NCBI GenBank assembly: GCA_000146045.2
Contig: BK006948.2
Coordinates: forward strand, 160,001 to 224,000
Direction of reading: 5' to 3'
DNA from: TPA_inf: Saccharomyces
Lineage: Eukaryota
DNA: 64,000 nt
Within the stretch, counting starts at the first letter, position 1. The number at the start of each line of letters is the position of its first letter. Below the pieces are notes generated by a model, which saw only the letters and a list, made by a program, of their open reading frames with translations, was not told the origin of the DNA and did no database searches. Both the position numbers and the translations under genes were made by a program. This document shows, piece after piece, positions 42,519 to 54,016 of the stretch.

Positions 42519-42695
42519 GTTTGGTGTTGTGCTTTCTTTTGGTTCACTATCTAGTGTTTTTTGTCTGTGTTGTGGTTGAAGTTAATTCCATTCTTTTTAC
42601 TCAAAATTTTCGGTGGCGCCTTTTTCCGTTTCCAGTAATGAGTGGTTATTGTAGATATGATGTAAGATTACATGATAATATATATGCTAAATAGT

Positions 42696-44471
42696 CTAAG
42701 CTTTGTCGTCACTATTATCGTGGCCTTTGAAGGCAATGATGGTGCACTCCTCCTCGTAGCCTGGTATTTGTATGTAGTTCACACCGTGCGATTCCAGCTT
42801 GTTCAAACTTGTATTGTTTTTAACAAATGTATCGGGCTCCATAACCCCCACGAAGACAGTACCAATGGCACCTTGGGTGGCCAGGATTCTATCGCAGCAA
42901 GGCTCATTGCCACTTAGCCTGAAGGAACAGGGTTCCATGGTTGTATAGAGCACTGTTCCCATAGGGACTATAGTGGGACAGTTCGGGTGTAACTGCGAGT
43001 ACTTTATCAAAGCACACTGTTCTGCATGAGTGTTTCCTGGTAGCTCTCTTGAATATCCTGTGGCAAGTACTTGAGTTCCATGAACAAGAACGGCACCAAC
43101 ACTAAAAGCAGTCTTTGTCGGGCCACACTTACCAGCTTCCTTAACGGCCATTTCCATATATCGGCGATGTGGCTCTAAGGCCCATTCAGGGTATTTTGTT
43201 CTATAACTCCAGAGAGGTTTTTGCGTATCCGAATTTCTTTCCAATGACTCGTACCGGAAGGCATGCAGCCAGAGGTCGAGATCATTAGTACCGGGATCTG
43301 TGTACATTTCAGCCTCGCATTCTTCGCACTGACGGCCAAGCAAGTATTCACCCTCGCTATGAGGATGAATCCAGCTCTCTGCAGGATTAGTCTTGCCAAT
43401 AGCGTCTAGTTTCAGAACGATGTCATCATAGTTTTGAAGTCCACCGCGGCCCAAATCTGGACCCCAGATATCTGGGTTCGAGTATATAGGGTCATTTGCT
43501 ATGGGAAATCCCAAGTACTGCAAATGGACTCTTATTTGGTGAGTTCTACCTGTCAATGGTTTACACTTTACAATACTCGTCTGTCCATCATAGCTAACCC
43601 TTTGGAAAACGGTCTTGGCATGTTTAGCGTTTTCATCGCTCATCTCGCAAACAGCGTTTAGTGCAACTTTAGGGTTAACAGATCTGACAGGCTTATCTAC
43701 CTCTACTATACCTATAGGGAACTCGCCCTTCACGCGGGCTACGTATTCTTTGGTGACTTCCCTCGCTTTCATTTGGTCTCCCATTCTATCTGCACCTAAT
43801 GGAGTCTTGGCTAAAAACATTAGTCCACTAGTTGGCTTGTCTAGTCTATTACATGGATGTACTGAATAACCTAGCTGTCTTTCTAGCATTTTTGTAATGG
43901 TATTGAATCTGTATCTGCCCGTTGGGTGCACTGGAATACTGCTGGGTTTATCAATGACAAGGATATCTTCGTCTTCAAACACAATATCTATTGGTTTAGA
44001 TGTGACTGGCGGTTCATGTCGATGTACTTTATGTGTGATCAGATCACCGTCACGAATGATGGTATCAAGGTTTGCAGGTTCATCGTTTAAGTATACTTTT
44101 CCCTCTGCAATGGTTTTGGAATAATAGCTGGGCTCTCGATCCCTGAATTCGCTCACGAATACATCCACCAACTTACGATCTCTCCACCTCTCCTTACAGA
44201 AAGTTTTATAAGTGAAAAAATAAGGCTCAATCTTCCTTAAGGGTCCATCAATTGTCACTTCATAATCAGGGTCTGTCTTTTTAGTTTTGTGCCCATCGGT
44301 TTGAATAACTCTCAGTCTGAATCCACTCGCATCTTTGACTTTGGAACTGTTTTCGTTCCTATTATTATTCCTGTTCGCGAATTTTCTTAACTTCACTTCC
44401 TTTGCAGACTCAATTTCTTTGTTTAATAAGTTGTTGAAGTCATCGCTGGCTTCATTATTAGAGTCCTCCAT
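42696..44471 (-). CDS. RIB2: RIB2, bifunctional protein with an N-terminal RluA-type pseudouridine synthase (Pus8) domain and a C-terminal cytidine/DRAP-deaminase domain for riboflavin synthesis, 591 aa
   Basis: 591 aa ORF. The RluA catalytic motif is [13 protein letters not shown]. The deaminase zinc motifs are HAEQCAL and [16 protein letters not shown]. Confidence 0.92.
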
Positions 44472-44570
44472 TTTGATTGGTTTGTTAATCTAATATTGAT
44501 AGTTTTTTTTTTAATGTTCTTCTCTCTCTTCTTCCTGTTTTTTCATGGCAATAATTTTGACTAGTTTTTC

Positions 44571-44588
44571 TTTTTTTTTTTTTTTTTT
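44571..44588 (+). promoter_or_regulatory. T18 poly(dA:dT) tract in the RIB2 promoter / INP54 3' region. Likely a nucleosome-depleting element.
   Basis: Run of 18 T about 100 bp upstream of the RIB2 ATG, preceded by a (CT)n tract. Confidence 0.5.
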
Positions 44589-44730
44589 CATTCTTTTTCA
44601 TTATTACTTAAGTTCTGTAAAGATATATGGAAGAGAAAATAAAAAGAATAAAACCAAAGATAGTGGTACAACTGACGTTATCTGTTTCAGACATAAATGA
44701 AAAACTTCTAGCCTGACAGCCCAGATCACT

Positions 44731-45885
44731 TTACAGGATTTTTAATAGTAAATATAATAGTAAAGAACCTAATATCCAATAATGTACATTCTTAGTAACT
44801 AGCCAACCGCAGTACCCGATGACTGCGTCACCAATTTGTCCAATCAGGCCAGAGCTCCATGATAAAGGATACTTTTCGATATGTAAGGATAACGGCACTG
44901 GCGTCCCTGTAGACCTTGGTAATCTTACGGTAAGATTAACGGGTTGATGATCGCTAAATAATAGAGCATTGGACCTAGGGACGGAATGGTAAGTACCTTC
45001 TTGTGCGAAAGTTGGCACTGCATAGCTTTTGTAGAGAATCCTATCGCACCACGACGGGATTCTTTTTGTATTATATGTTTCCTTTTCAAACAACTTGAAT
45101 TTGTATGTCGGTGGAAATGTTATCTTCAGCTCCTGAAAACCTTTGCATAACGGTTCATCCTCTCCTTTACGTAGCAGATTTAGTTCTTCATGATTTTCTA
45201 ATAGACGCCTTAACGTTGTGGTGGACGAATAATTGGTAGTTGGATCATAAGTACTAGTAACCCTAAAATTCAAATCGCCTAGAAAGAAAAAGTGGTCGCT
45301 TTTTGCAACCTCAGAATCACACACTTCACTCATTATTCGTTTGTAATCATCTATTCTTTGATTTCTATTGTTGACACCTTCATTTGCATTTAAATGAGCA
45401 CAAATATAGCTAAATCTTTCCCAGTTCTCCTCGCCATTGCGTGTCATCTGAAAACTTATCAAAGTTCCACCTTTCAAGTGTGTACCAAACCAACCGCATT
45501 TCCCATTCCGTTTCAAAATATCATCTTTTACCTTTAGCGCATTATTATTGTATAATACTATTATGGTAATCGCCCCAAGACTATTCACCCCTAAACATGA
45601 ATACTGCTCATCCCCTTGTGTAGCTGACACTTTTTCATTCAGACAATTAACCGCAGTAGTTGTAATTCTATCGATTAAATCACGATTAACAGCAGGGAAG
45701 GAGCCTTGCCATATGGGGACTACTTCTTGGAACCCCAACACATATAGATCTTGCAATTCCAATTGGGAGATGCCGTCATCGTAGGGGAAAAGCAATTGCT
45801 TAACGATTGCTTTCGAATTTTCAACGGGAAATTCCTTACCACAATTGAATGTAGTTACAGATACCTTCCAATTCGTTTTGTTCAT
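44731..45885 (-). CDS. INP54: INP54, phosphatidylinositol 4,5-bisphosphate 5-phosphatase, 384 aa
   Basis: 384 aa ORF. Inositol-polyphosphate 5-phosphatase motifs are present: FFLGDLNFR and [10 protein letters not shown]. The C-terminus is hydrophobic (tail anchor). Confidence 0.92.
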
Positions 45886-46102
45886 TCGGTCAGAATCCTG
45901 CTGTATTTTCTTGTCTCACTTTTCTTCTTTGTTAGCCTACTCTTACCTCTTCAGTTTTGTTCTTTTCACTGTATTTTCCTTTTTTCACGCTATAACAACA
46001 ATAAAAAAAGGTTATCATTTAACTGGTATGTACATACACATACACACATATATATATGTACTCATATATTTATGTCTATCAATAAAGTAAAATATATGTT
46101 AT

Positions 46103-47176
46103 TTAGGCGTTTCTTGACTGAATGACATCGCATGATGTAGACACCACCAAGTCATGTAACTCGCGTGGGCCACTTGACGCTATAACTCCCTTCGTAGCTA
46201 GCGTTCTACCGTTACCGAAGTCTAGAGGAACATCTTCCATGGCATCTGTATGGATACCTCCAGCTTCATGGACAATAACGTTGCCTGCAGCATGGTCCCA
46301 GATCTTTTCTTGGTAAGAAAGTTTGATAGGCAGACGTAAATATACGTCTGCTAAGCCCAATGCTAACAAACAGTACTTGGCTTGAGAATCCAAGTGCAAA
46401 GATTTGGATATATTTAGTTTGTTTTTGATAGCAGTTTGTTCATCATGAGAGGAGTGTCCCTTTTCAACTCCCTCTAAAGTAATCATGTCTTTAGTGTCTT
46501 TTAAGTGTCTAACGTGGATTTTGGTCCATGACTCTGCATCTGAAGATGGAGAATAGAAGGCACCTAAACCTCTAACAGCACGAAAGATATAACCAAATGA
46601 CTCATGGCCTTTCAAATCTTGGGCCCCATAAGAACTTAAAACTAAGTTGGGGCATCCAATACAACCAAGCTGAACAACACCGTCCACAATTAAGGCCAGA
46701 CATACTGCAAACTGTTCACCTCTTAAAAACCCCTTGGTTCCGTCAATAGGATCCAAACACCAAAATCTTCCTTTTCTACCACCTTCGTAATTGCCGAAAT
46801 CGATGATTTGCCTGACGTCCTCCAAAGATTTTAGCGGAAACTGATCGTTTGTAAACAGAAAATCATCCTTTTTATAATTCTTGTTATAAACTTCGTCATT
46901 GGCTTTTATTTCGTTTAAAATTCCTGAGACGAATGCGTCGCTCAATCCTGATGAGGATTCTTCACCAACTACCTTATCATCAGGAAAATTGCTCTTGATA
47001 GCATTTATGATGATCGTTTGTGCAGCATAATCACCTGTGGTTACTGGAGAATTATCATTCTTGGTAATAGTAGTGGAGTCCTTGTGAGAAATCACTTCAG
47101 ATTGAATTCTCTTAGTCAATAAAGACGCCTTTCGTACAGCTTGAGTTGCAACCAATAATTCTCTTTCCAATGCCAT
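46103..47176 (-). CDS. MET22: MET22 (HAL2), 3'(2'),5'-bisphosphate nucleotidase, 357 aa
   Basis: 357 aa ORF. Inositol-monophosphatase-family motifs are present: WCLDPIDGTKGF and WDHAAGNVIVHEAGG. Confidence 0.93.
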   Translation of the reverse strand: MALERELLVATQAVRKASLLTKRIQSEVISHKDSTTITKNDNSPVTTGDYAAQTIIINAIKSNFPDDKVVGEESSSGLSDAFVSGILNEIKANDEVYNKNYKKDDFLFTNDQFPLKSLEDVRQIIDFGNYEGGRKGRFWCLDPIDGTKGFLRGEQFAVCLALIVDGVVQLGCIGCPNLVLSSYGAQDLKGHESFGYIFRAVRGLGAFYSPSSDAESWTKIHVRHLKDTKDMITLEGVEKGHSSHDEQTAIKNKLNISKSLHLDSQAKYCLLALGLADVYLRLPIKLSYQEKIWDHAAGNVIVHEAGGIHTDAMEDVPLDFGNGRTLATKGVIASSGPRELHDLVVSTSCDVIQSRNA

Positions 47177-47305
47177 AGTAAAGTGCTGATGTCTTCTGAG
47201 TTGTCTTTAAACTTCTTACTTACTAACTAATAAATTAAAGAGAAGTGCAAACGTTCTTTATATGTGGCATGGTTTCTTCTTTGCAAACTGAAAGTAAAAT
47301 CGCAA

Positions 47306-47312
47306 CACGTGA
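47306..47312 (-). promoter_or_regulatory. Cbf1/Met4-complex site (TCACGTG) about 130 bp upstream of MET22
   Basis: Plus-strand cacgtga is the reverse complement of TCACGTG. This E-box is characteristic of MET regulon promoters. Confidence 0.6.
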
Positions 47313-47391
47313 TATTGCTCGTCTGAGTCATTCGCGCATTTCAATGAAGGAAGGATTATTATATAGATGGCTATGTAAATGTCAAAATATG

Positions 47392-50265
47392 CTATTGTTG
47401 AGTTGTTCCATGCTCAGTTGTGATCTTGAATGCCCTCAAGGAGCCTCTTGATGCTACGTATAAGGTAGCATATCCCTTACGTTTTAACTCTTCACTGTCA
47501 GATGCATAAGTGTAATCTAGTCCGCAAATATCACCCATGGGGAAATAGACGTCGCACACGCCGCAGTATGTGTCCGAGCTCTCTCCATCTGCACCATACA
47601 TTGGTGCGTCAAACAAGTTCCTGTTACATCTGCACTCTGGACTAGGGTTAACAGGGTCTTGGACTTCCCATCCAAGAATATACTCTTGTCTAAACGAATA
47701 GATGCCTCTGTACTCTGTTAGTCTTAGTAATGAAATGAGACCCAATTGTGAAGCCACGGCTATGCAATTTAGTTCTTTGATGTGACACACAAAATTTATT
47801 CTGTTTAGTGCTTGGAGCAGCGACTTGGAAGCACACGTCACAACACCATCTAAGGGAAAAATCTCATGATGAGTTGCTGATATAATTATGAGTGGATTTG
47901 CTTTCATCAACACCAGCCTATGGGCTGTGGTTAGGAAGAAGAACTCGTCGTGCATTTCGGATAGTTGATACCCAAGAGGCGAATCTTCTGAGCCCGGTAC
48001 TGCTGACTCTAATAACCGCTTGACGTTTCTTACATAGTTGTGGAACCCCCAAGATTTCTGCGATTCTGATTTCAAGTGAGCACGCTGTTCAGTATCCCTA
48101 TATCTTCGCTGGAAACTTGTTAAGCTGCTACCAGATTCTTCATTTTCAGGGTCGCTATTGACATCGTCCTCTTCTGTAGAGTTCAGTTGAAGGCTACAAA
48201 TTTCTGGGTCCTTCAAGACCGTGTTCAAATCCTTGCCAAAAAGTGTTCTCCAATCGGCAGCGGCATCGGTGTTGTACCATAAAAAGTTTCCCGATTCAAT
48301 ATTTGGTATATGATTTACTGAACTTAGCGATTTGAACTCTTTTGAAGTTCGTAGTTGTCTTTGTTTATCCATTTTCAAATTACGAATACTTCTATTAAAT
48401 TCGCGAGATATATCTTCAATATCATTTTCGAGATCAGTAAGTTTATAAGTAGACGGCTCACAGATCTTTCTCCCAGAAGTGTTTTGATATTGCGATGTTT
48501 TATTTCTTCCACTAGGAGTTATCAACTGTGGAAAAGTATTAATAATATCCTTGTATTTCGAAAATCCACGCTCAGTAGCACGATAATGTTTATAACCAGA
48601 ATCCTCCCAAAATGTCCATTGGTGTAAATGCTGTTCACATGAGGTGTTTTTTGTCACTGCATCATTCATATCGTCTAAGTCACCGGCATGTAAAATAAGT
48701 GCAAAATCCTCTCTGCTGTACTCGTATTTTATCGAGCCCGTTGTAGTGTAATTTCTATCAAATGAGGTAAATCTTAATGGTATAACTTCATCGGGGATCC
48801 CTGCTGAAGAAGTCAGTCGTAGGTCTGTGACAGGAACCTGAAATTGATTGAGTAATGTACCAATACCGAAATTCCCAGAGAGGTAGGCGTTATCACAGTA
48901 ATACCCAAGTAAAAAATCATCTCGGCAAATAGAATATAACATGCTTTCTTTGAAACCGTCTTGGTAGTTAAGATTCAACAATTCGAAATTGTCAACTTTC
49001 GCAAAATCCTTCTTAGTCAGTGGAGTTATTGTCCATAAGTCGTCGCCAAAAAATTGAGTATCAAGGAAACTCGTTAAAATGGTACAATCATGCTCCTTTA
49101 ATTTAACGGTAACAACATTCCCAAATATAGAACAATAACTTAATGTAATATATCCAACAGAATCTTTTGAATTAGGAACAAAGTTAACACAAGGAACATT
49201 GTGAGATGAGGGAAGATCTAGAGGCCGAATGTACCGTCTTTCCTTCTTTACATCTTTATCGAATGCAAAGACTGTAACTCCAGGCTTGTTATGGCCAACA
49301 GCGATATATATGATGCCATTTATATCTATTACATCAACACTCCAACAAGATTCCTCTACTCTTAACACCATATATGGATCAACATTTATGTATCTTTCCC
49401 GGCTGTTATCTTTGCCTCCCAAGATATCCGAAGTAAATTTATTAAATATCTTAATAACTTTGTTGATTTCCCAGATATAAACGATTCCGTTGTCACCGCA
49501 AGCTAGTAGAAAATCTTGATGCATGAAGTTACAAATCTTCATAAAGTTGATAGAACATAGTTCAGGTATGCTGTTGAACTGTGTATCCTTAAATTTCACA
49601 TATGATGAATTGCGGAAGTTTCTTACATCTCCGTCATCTGGTATTATCACGGGCAATAAGGCGTGACATATTTCTAATGACGAAACGTTCAATAGTATAT
49701 CGAAATTATGAACTTCGACGCATTGACCGGCAGCCAGGAAGGAATAACTCCCATAAGTGACGAACAAATTGTTCTTGAACTGCAAACCACCATAAGCAAA
49801 CCTATTTGTGTATTGAAAAGGTGCGAACTCTAGTGGTATCTCTTGAACAAGTAGTTTTTCGTCCTGTGGCAATAGTAATTCAGCTGGATTCAAAAGCCTT
49901 GATGGTCCCCAGACGGGTTCTAAGTTGGAAAATGCAGATTTAGTATCCTCCAAGAAGGCTTTCTTGAATGAGTAAGCAGGATTTGGGATTTTCCATGAAG
50001 AGTCATGTTCTTCTAGGTTGTGTAATCGTTCTTTAATAAACTCCACGGTTTTTGGATGAAACGAATTGCAACTGGAGTTTGGCCACTTGAGTTGATAATA
50101 TTTCTTTAACGTTATTATCTCATTCGTTATATTCCAGCCACCAGACGCCAGAAATACTTCTGAGTCAAAGCACTCTCTTGTCGATACTGCCCTTTGTATG
50201 ATGGCCCGAGACTTAAGCCACCTTGTAAAGAGATCATCATTTTCATTGGGAATCTGAGGGGGCAT
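47392..50265 (-). CDS. CRT10: CRT10, WD/beta-propeller-like protein implicated in RNR gene regulation, 957 aa
   Basis: The track ORF extends to 50280, where its start codon is TTG. The first in-frame ATG is the reverse-strand cat at 50263-50265. It gives MPPQIPNENDD... and 957 aa. Confidence 0.82.
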   Translation of the reverse strand: MPPQIPNENDDLFTRWLKSRAIIQRAVSTRECFDSEVFLASGGWNITNEIITLKKYYQLKWPNSSCNSFHPKTVEFIKERLHNLEEHDSSWKIPNPAYSFKKAFLEDTKSAFSNLEPVWGPSRLLNPAELLLPQDEKLLVQEIPLEFAPFQYTNRFAYGGLQFKNNLFVTYGSYSFLAAGQCVEVHNFDILLNVSSLEICHALLPVIIPDDGDVRNFRNSSYVKFKDTQFNSIPELCSINFMKICNFMHQDFLLACGDNGIVYIWEINKVIKIFNKFTSDILGGKDNSRERYINVDPYMVLRVEESCWSVDVIDINGIIYIAVGHNKPGVTVFAFDKDVKKERRYIRPLDLPSSHNVPCVNFVPNSKDSVGYITLSYCSIFGNVVTVKLKEHDCTILTSFLDTQFFGDDLWTITPLTKKDFAKVDNFELLNLNYQDGFKESMLYSICRDDFLLGYYCDNAYLSGNFGIGTLLNQFQVPVTDLRLTSSAGIPDEVIPLRFTSFDRNYTTTGSIKYEYSREDFALILHAGDLDDMNDAVTKNTSCEQHLHQWTFWEDSGYKHYRATERGFSKYKDIINTFPQLITPSGRNKTSQYQNTSGRKICEPSTYKLTDLENDIEDISREFNRSIRNLKMDKQRQLRTSKEFKSLSSVNHIPNIESGNFLWYNTDAAADWRTLFGKDLNTVLKDPEICSLQLNSTEEDDVNSDPENEESGSSLTSFQRRYRDTEQRAHLKSESQKSWGFHNYVRNVKRLLESAVPGSEDSPLGYQLSEMHDEFFFLTTAHRLVLMKANPLIIISATHHEIFPLDGVVTCASKSLLQALNRINFVCHIKELNCIAVASQLGLISLLRLTEYRGIYSFRQEYILGWEVQDPVNPSPECRCNRNLFDAPMYGADGESSDTYCGVCDVYFPMGDICGLDYTYASDSEELKRKGYATLYVASRGSLRAFKITTEHGTTQQ

Positions 50266-50519
50266 TATATTCAAAACCAAATTTTCAAGCCTAGAAGTAC
50301 CAGTGCCTCTTGATTGCGCTGTTGATCTTCATTACTATGGTGTTTTTGGTGTCTTGTATGGTTTTTCCATGTTTTTTCCCTGTTTTCTTTTCAATGAAAA
50401 ACTAAATTGCATGTCTCTCATAATAGAAAATATTCAATATTAACAAAATGTGCATTCTAAAGGAAATTACTATAAAAAATACAGGCATGATAAAAATATA
50501 TGTACACAAAAATTACGGG

Positions 50520-51995
50520 CTAGTACCTCACCTCGTAAGAACCGGCTTTCGATATATATTTAATCCATTTTACAGCACGATGCTTACTGTCTTTTCCAGA
50601 AATGGTAAAGTATCGTACGACTAAGCCAGAATTACTGAACATCATGACCTCGAATTCCAGGGATATTGGAGGTCTTGTCCATTGTTGAAGATTCAATTGA
50701 GTAGTATCACTTGTGGACACAGTAACTGCACTTAAAGTGTTTTCCGTCAACCCATTGTACTTGTTGAACCTCCAAATCATTGCATTTTCTTCTGGCACAA
50801 ACTTACAGTGGCCATTAGAGACACTTATCTTACAATCCACAGTGCTTGGTGGAACGGGTATATGTAGTACCACATCTTTGGCGGAAAGTTTTCCAGGAAA
50901 TAAAGACTTCAATGTTATCCTGTAATCAATCTCGTTATCTCTTGTAGAATGTGTAACAATAGGTGTAACCTTGAACGGCAGGTTTATGTTATCTCGTACA
51001 TGATATTTCATCAACTCCATCGAACCGTCTGGTGGGACGAATTCAATGATATGATTTCTGTTAAATTTGTCAAGTGAGACACATTCGTGAAACTTGCAAT
51101 CTTCCAACAAAACACTACCGGCAGCAGCTTTGGGAATGAAGTTCTTGTTTCCAAAATCGCTGCCAGAGTGACGCTGCTGCTGTGCTAACCATTTCTTCTC
51201 GTCTTCGGACTGCATTCCCAAAGAATCATTCAATCCAAATCTACAAATAGGGGTCCCACTCAAGTGTGTGGTGATATCTATGGTGCCATCAACGTATGAT
51301 TTCAAGATAGAACCATCCCTAGATACCAGAATGTTTATCCTCTCATTGACATACAAGAAAACTTCATCCTTCTTGTGTATTATCCCCTTGGGCCTCCAAG
51401 TGATCTTATTGTTATCATAGAAATCAGAAGTGGAGTCTCCTTGACCCAGGAAACTACTGCTTCTTTTTGTCAAAAATTTGGGAAAATGTAGTTCTCCTGC
51501 TGAAGAAGTAGGAGATGAAGAGGAAGATAATACATCATTTCCATCGGGACTATCTAACAATCCGCCCATATTTCTAACGGGTTTCACAGACATCTGCGCT
51601 ATAACAGAGTTCAATTCAGTGTCAATTGGTATCCCATTTCCACCCAACATTATATCCAGCATCTCATGCACAATCATGAATTCCTCTTTCAAGGCCTCCT
51701 CTCTATCCAATCGATAAGCATTCATCACTGCATCAAGCTTATATAAGAACTCCCAGATCGCCGCACTATTAGCGTTGCTTCTCGTAATGGTTACCAACCA
51801 CAAATTGTCACCATGCCTCGACCTGATGTGATGGAAAGTAGTTGAGCCCAGTGTCAAAACAGGCGATCTAACATCTAGATTATTGATCACTTGTACTCGG
51901 AAGATATCGGATATGGACCGCTTCAACGAGTTCTTGAAGAACTTGTTCAAGACAAGTTCACCTCTCGATGAGTATACCAGCACACCACTAATCAT
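50520..51995 (-). CDS. APM4: APM4, mu subunit of the AP-2 clathrin adaptor complex, 491 aa
   Basis: 491 aa ORF. The N-terminal longin-like region is MISGVLVYSSRGELVLNKFFK and a mu-homology domain follows. Confidence 0.88.
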   Translation of the reverse strand: MISGVLVYSSRGELVLNKFFKNSLKRSISDIFRVQVINNLDVRSPVLTLGSTTFHHIRSRHGDNLWLVTITRSNANSAAIWEFLYKLDAVMNAYRLDREEALKEEFMIVHEMLDIMLGGNGIPIDTELNSVIAQMSVKPVRNMGGLLDSPDGNDVLSSSSSPTSSAGELHFPKFLTKRSSSFLGQGDSTSDFYDNNKITWRPKGIIHKKDEVFLYVNERINILVSRDGSILKSYVDGTIDITTHLSGTPICRFGLNDSLGMQSEDEKKWLAQQQRHSGSDFGNKNFIPKAAAGSVLLEDCKFHECVSLDKFNRNHIIEFVPPDGSMELMKYHVRDNINLPFKVTPIVTHSTRDNEIDYRITLKSLFPGKLSAKDVVLHIPVPPSTVDCKISVSNGHCKFVPEENAMIWRFNKYNGLTENTLSAVTVSTSDTTQLNLQQWTRPPISLEFEVMMFSNSGLVVRYFTISGKDSKHRAVKWIKYISKAGSYEVRY

Positions 51996-52243
51996 TGCTC
52001 ACCATAACTCTATGTGATTCTTTTCTCCAACCGTTTATGAAAGGTTTCCACACTTTATCATCAAGTTCTCCTATACTAATCAATTAAGGAAAATATGGCT
52101 GTTACCCTTCGACCGCAGTTGAAAAAAATTTTCTATCAAATAATAAATGGCTACGATTAGCGAGAAGGGCTGGATGAGATGAGAGTAAGTTGGTCGAAAG
52201 TGACTTTGTTGGAGGTTGCTACGAGGCTAGGAACGCAGTCTGG

Positions 52244-53734
52244 ATGTCAATGAGTAATATTGTTGTTTTTGGAGGGGACTCGCACCCCGAGTTAGTTACT
52301 AAGATCTGTGAAAATTTGGACATTCACCCATCGAAAGTAGAATTAGGGAAGTTTTCTAATGGGGAAACGAACATTGCTCTTCGCGAATCTGTTCGTGAAA
52401 AGGATGTATATATCATCCAGAGTGGTTGTGGCCAGGTGAACGACACGTTCATGCAGTTGCTGATTTTAATCAGTGCCTGCAAGTCCGCTTCTGCCTCGAG
52501 GGTTACAGCCGTAATGCCATATCTCTGCTACTCGAGACAGCCAGATATTCCATATACTGCCAAGGGTGCTCCCATAATTTCCAAGCCTAAAGAAAACTAT
52601 ACTTTTGAATCGCATCCAGGCACACCCGTGTCATCTTCTTTAATGACGCAAAGACCAGGTGCTGAGAGCTCGTTGAAGAGTTTGGATAGTGCAATACGAT
52701 CAACTATCAACTTAGAAAATCCTCAACCTATCAGAACACCAAACAGCAGTGCTACGGCGAATAACAATTTCGACATCAAGAAGACGCTTTCTTTTTCAAG
52801 AATTCCTATGATTCCCGGTGGTAAGTTACAAAATACAAGCAATAGCACGGACGCTGGTGAATTGTTCAACGCTCAAAATGCAGGCTATAAGCTATGGGTA
52901 GTACAAGCCGGTACTTTGATTGCTCATTTGTTGAGTGCTGCAGGTGCTGACCATGTGATCACAATGGATTTGCACGATCCACAGTTCCCTGGGTTTTTTG
53001 ACATTCCAGTGGATAATCTCTACTGTAAACCCATTGCACAAAACTACATCCAGCATCGCATTCCAGATTATCAGGATGCTGTGATCGTTTCTCCAGATGC
53101 TGGTGGTGCAAAGAGAGCTACGGCTATTGCAGACGCCTTGGAATTGTCCTTCGCCCTAATTCATAAAGAAAGAAGATCTCAGTTATTGAAGGGCCCTCCA
53201 GATGCGACGTTAACCTCTGGTGGTTCGTTACCAGTATCTCCAAGGCCATTAGTTACTACTTTGGTTTCCTCCCAAAATACTACTTCTTCAGGTGCCACTG
53301 GGGTTGCGGCCCTTGAAATGAAGAAAACAACTTCAACATCTTCCACCTCGTCGCAATCTTCTAATTCGTCCAAGTTCGTTCAAACTACCATGCTTGTTGG
53401 CGATGTTAGAAACAAGGTGTGTATTATAGTCGACGACTTGGTGGATACTTCATACACTATTACAAGAGCTGCGAAATTGTTGAAGGATCAAGGATCTACC
53501 AAAGTTTATGCCTTAATAACGCACGGTGTTTTTTCCGGTGATGCGCTAGAAAGAATCGGCCAAAGTAGTATAGATAAGTTGATCATTTCTAACACGGTTC
53601 CTCAAGATAGAACACTACAGTACCTAGGTAAGGACAGAGTGGATGTTATTGATGTCTCCTGCATAATCGGTGAAGCAATTAGAAGAATCCATAACGGTGA
53701 ATCCATTTCTATGTTGTTCGAGCATGGATGGTAG
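52244..53734 (+). CDS. PRS5: PRS5, phosphoribosyl-pyrophosphate synthetase with two non-homologous insertions, 496 aa
   Basis: The track ORF starts at 52190 with a non-ATG codon. The first in-frame ATG gives [18 protein letters not shown]... and 496 aa. PRPP synthetase motifs are present ([18 protein letters not shown] and a PRPP-binding loop [18 protein letters not shown]). Two Ser/Thr/Asn-rich inserts interrupt the canonical fold. My hand count puts this ATG at 52244 or 52245. Confidence 0.88.
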
Positions 53735-54016
53735 TGGCATTGATGTGTTCATTTTTTTATTGATAAAAATAGGGGAAAGTGTCTATATATTTTGCGTATA
53801 AAATTCTCTACATTTTTTTTTCTTTGTTTAGTATGTGTATTGAAACATTTTATTTATAGGTTAGAGAAACAAAAAAAAAAAAACTGCAATTTCTTCTTGT
53901 ATGTCTGTAGAAAAAATTTTAAGCTGCTCTCCCCTGTGATTTCATGCGTCTGGGACTAATAAGAACGGTGATGATGGTTATTATGATGCATGGGCAATTC
54001 TTTTGGCATAATCTCT

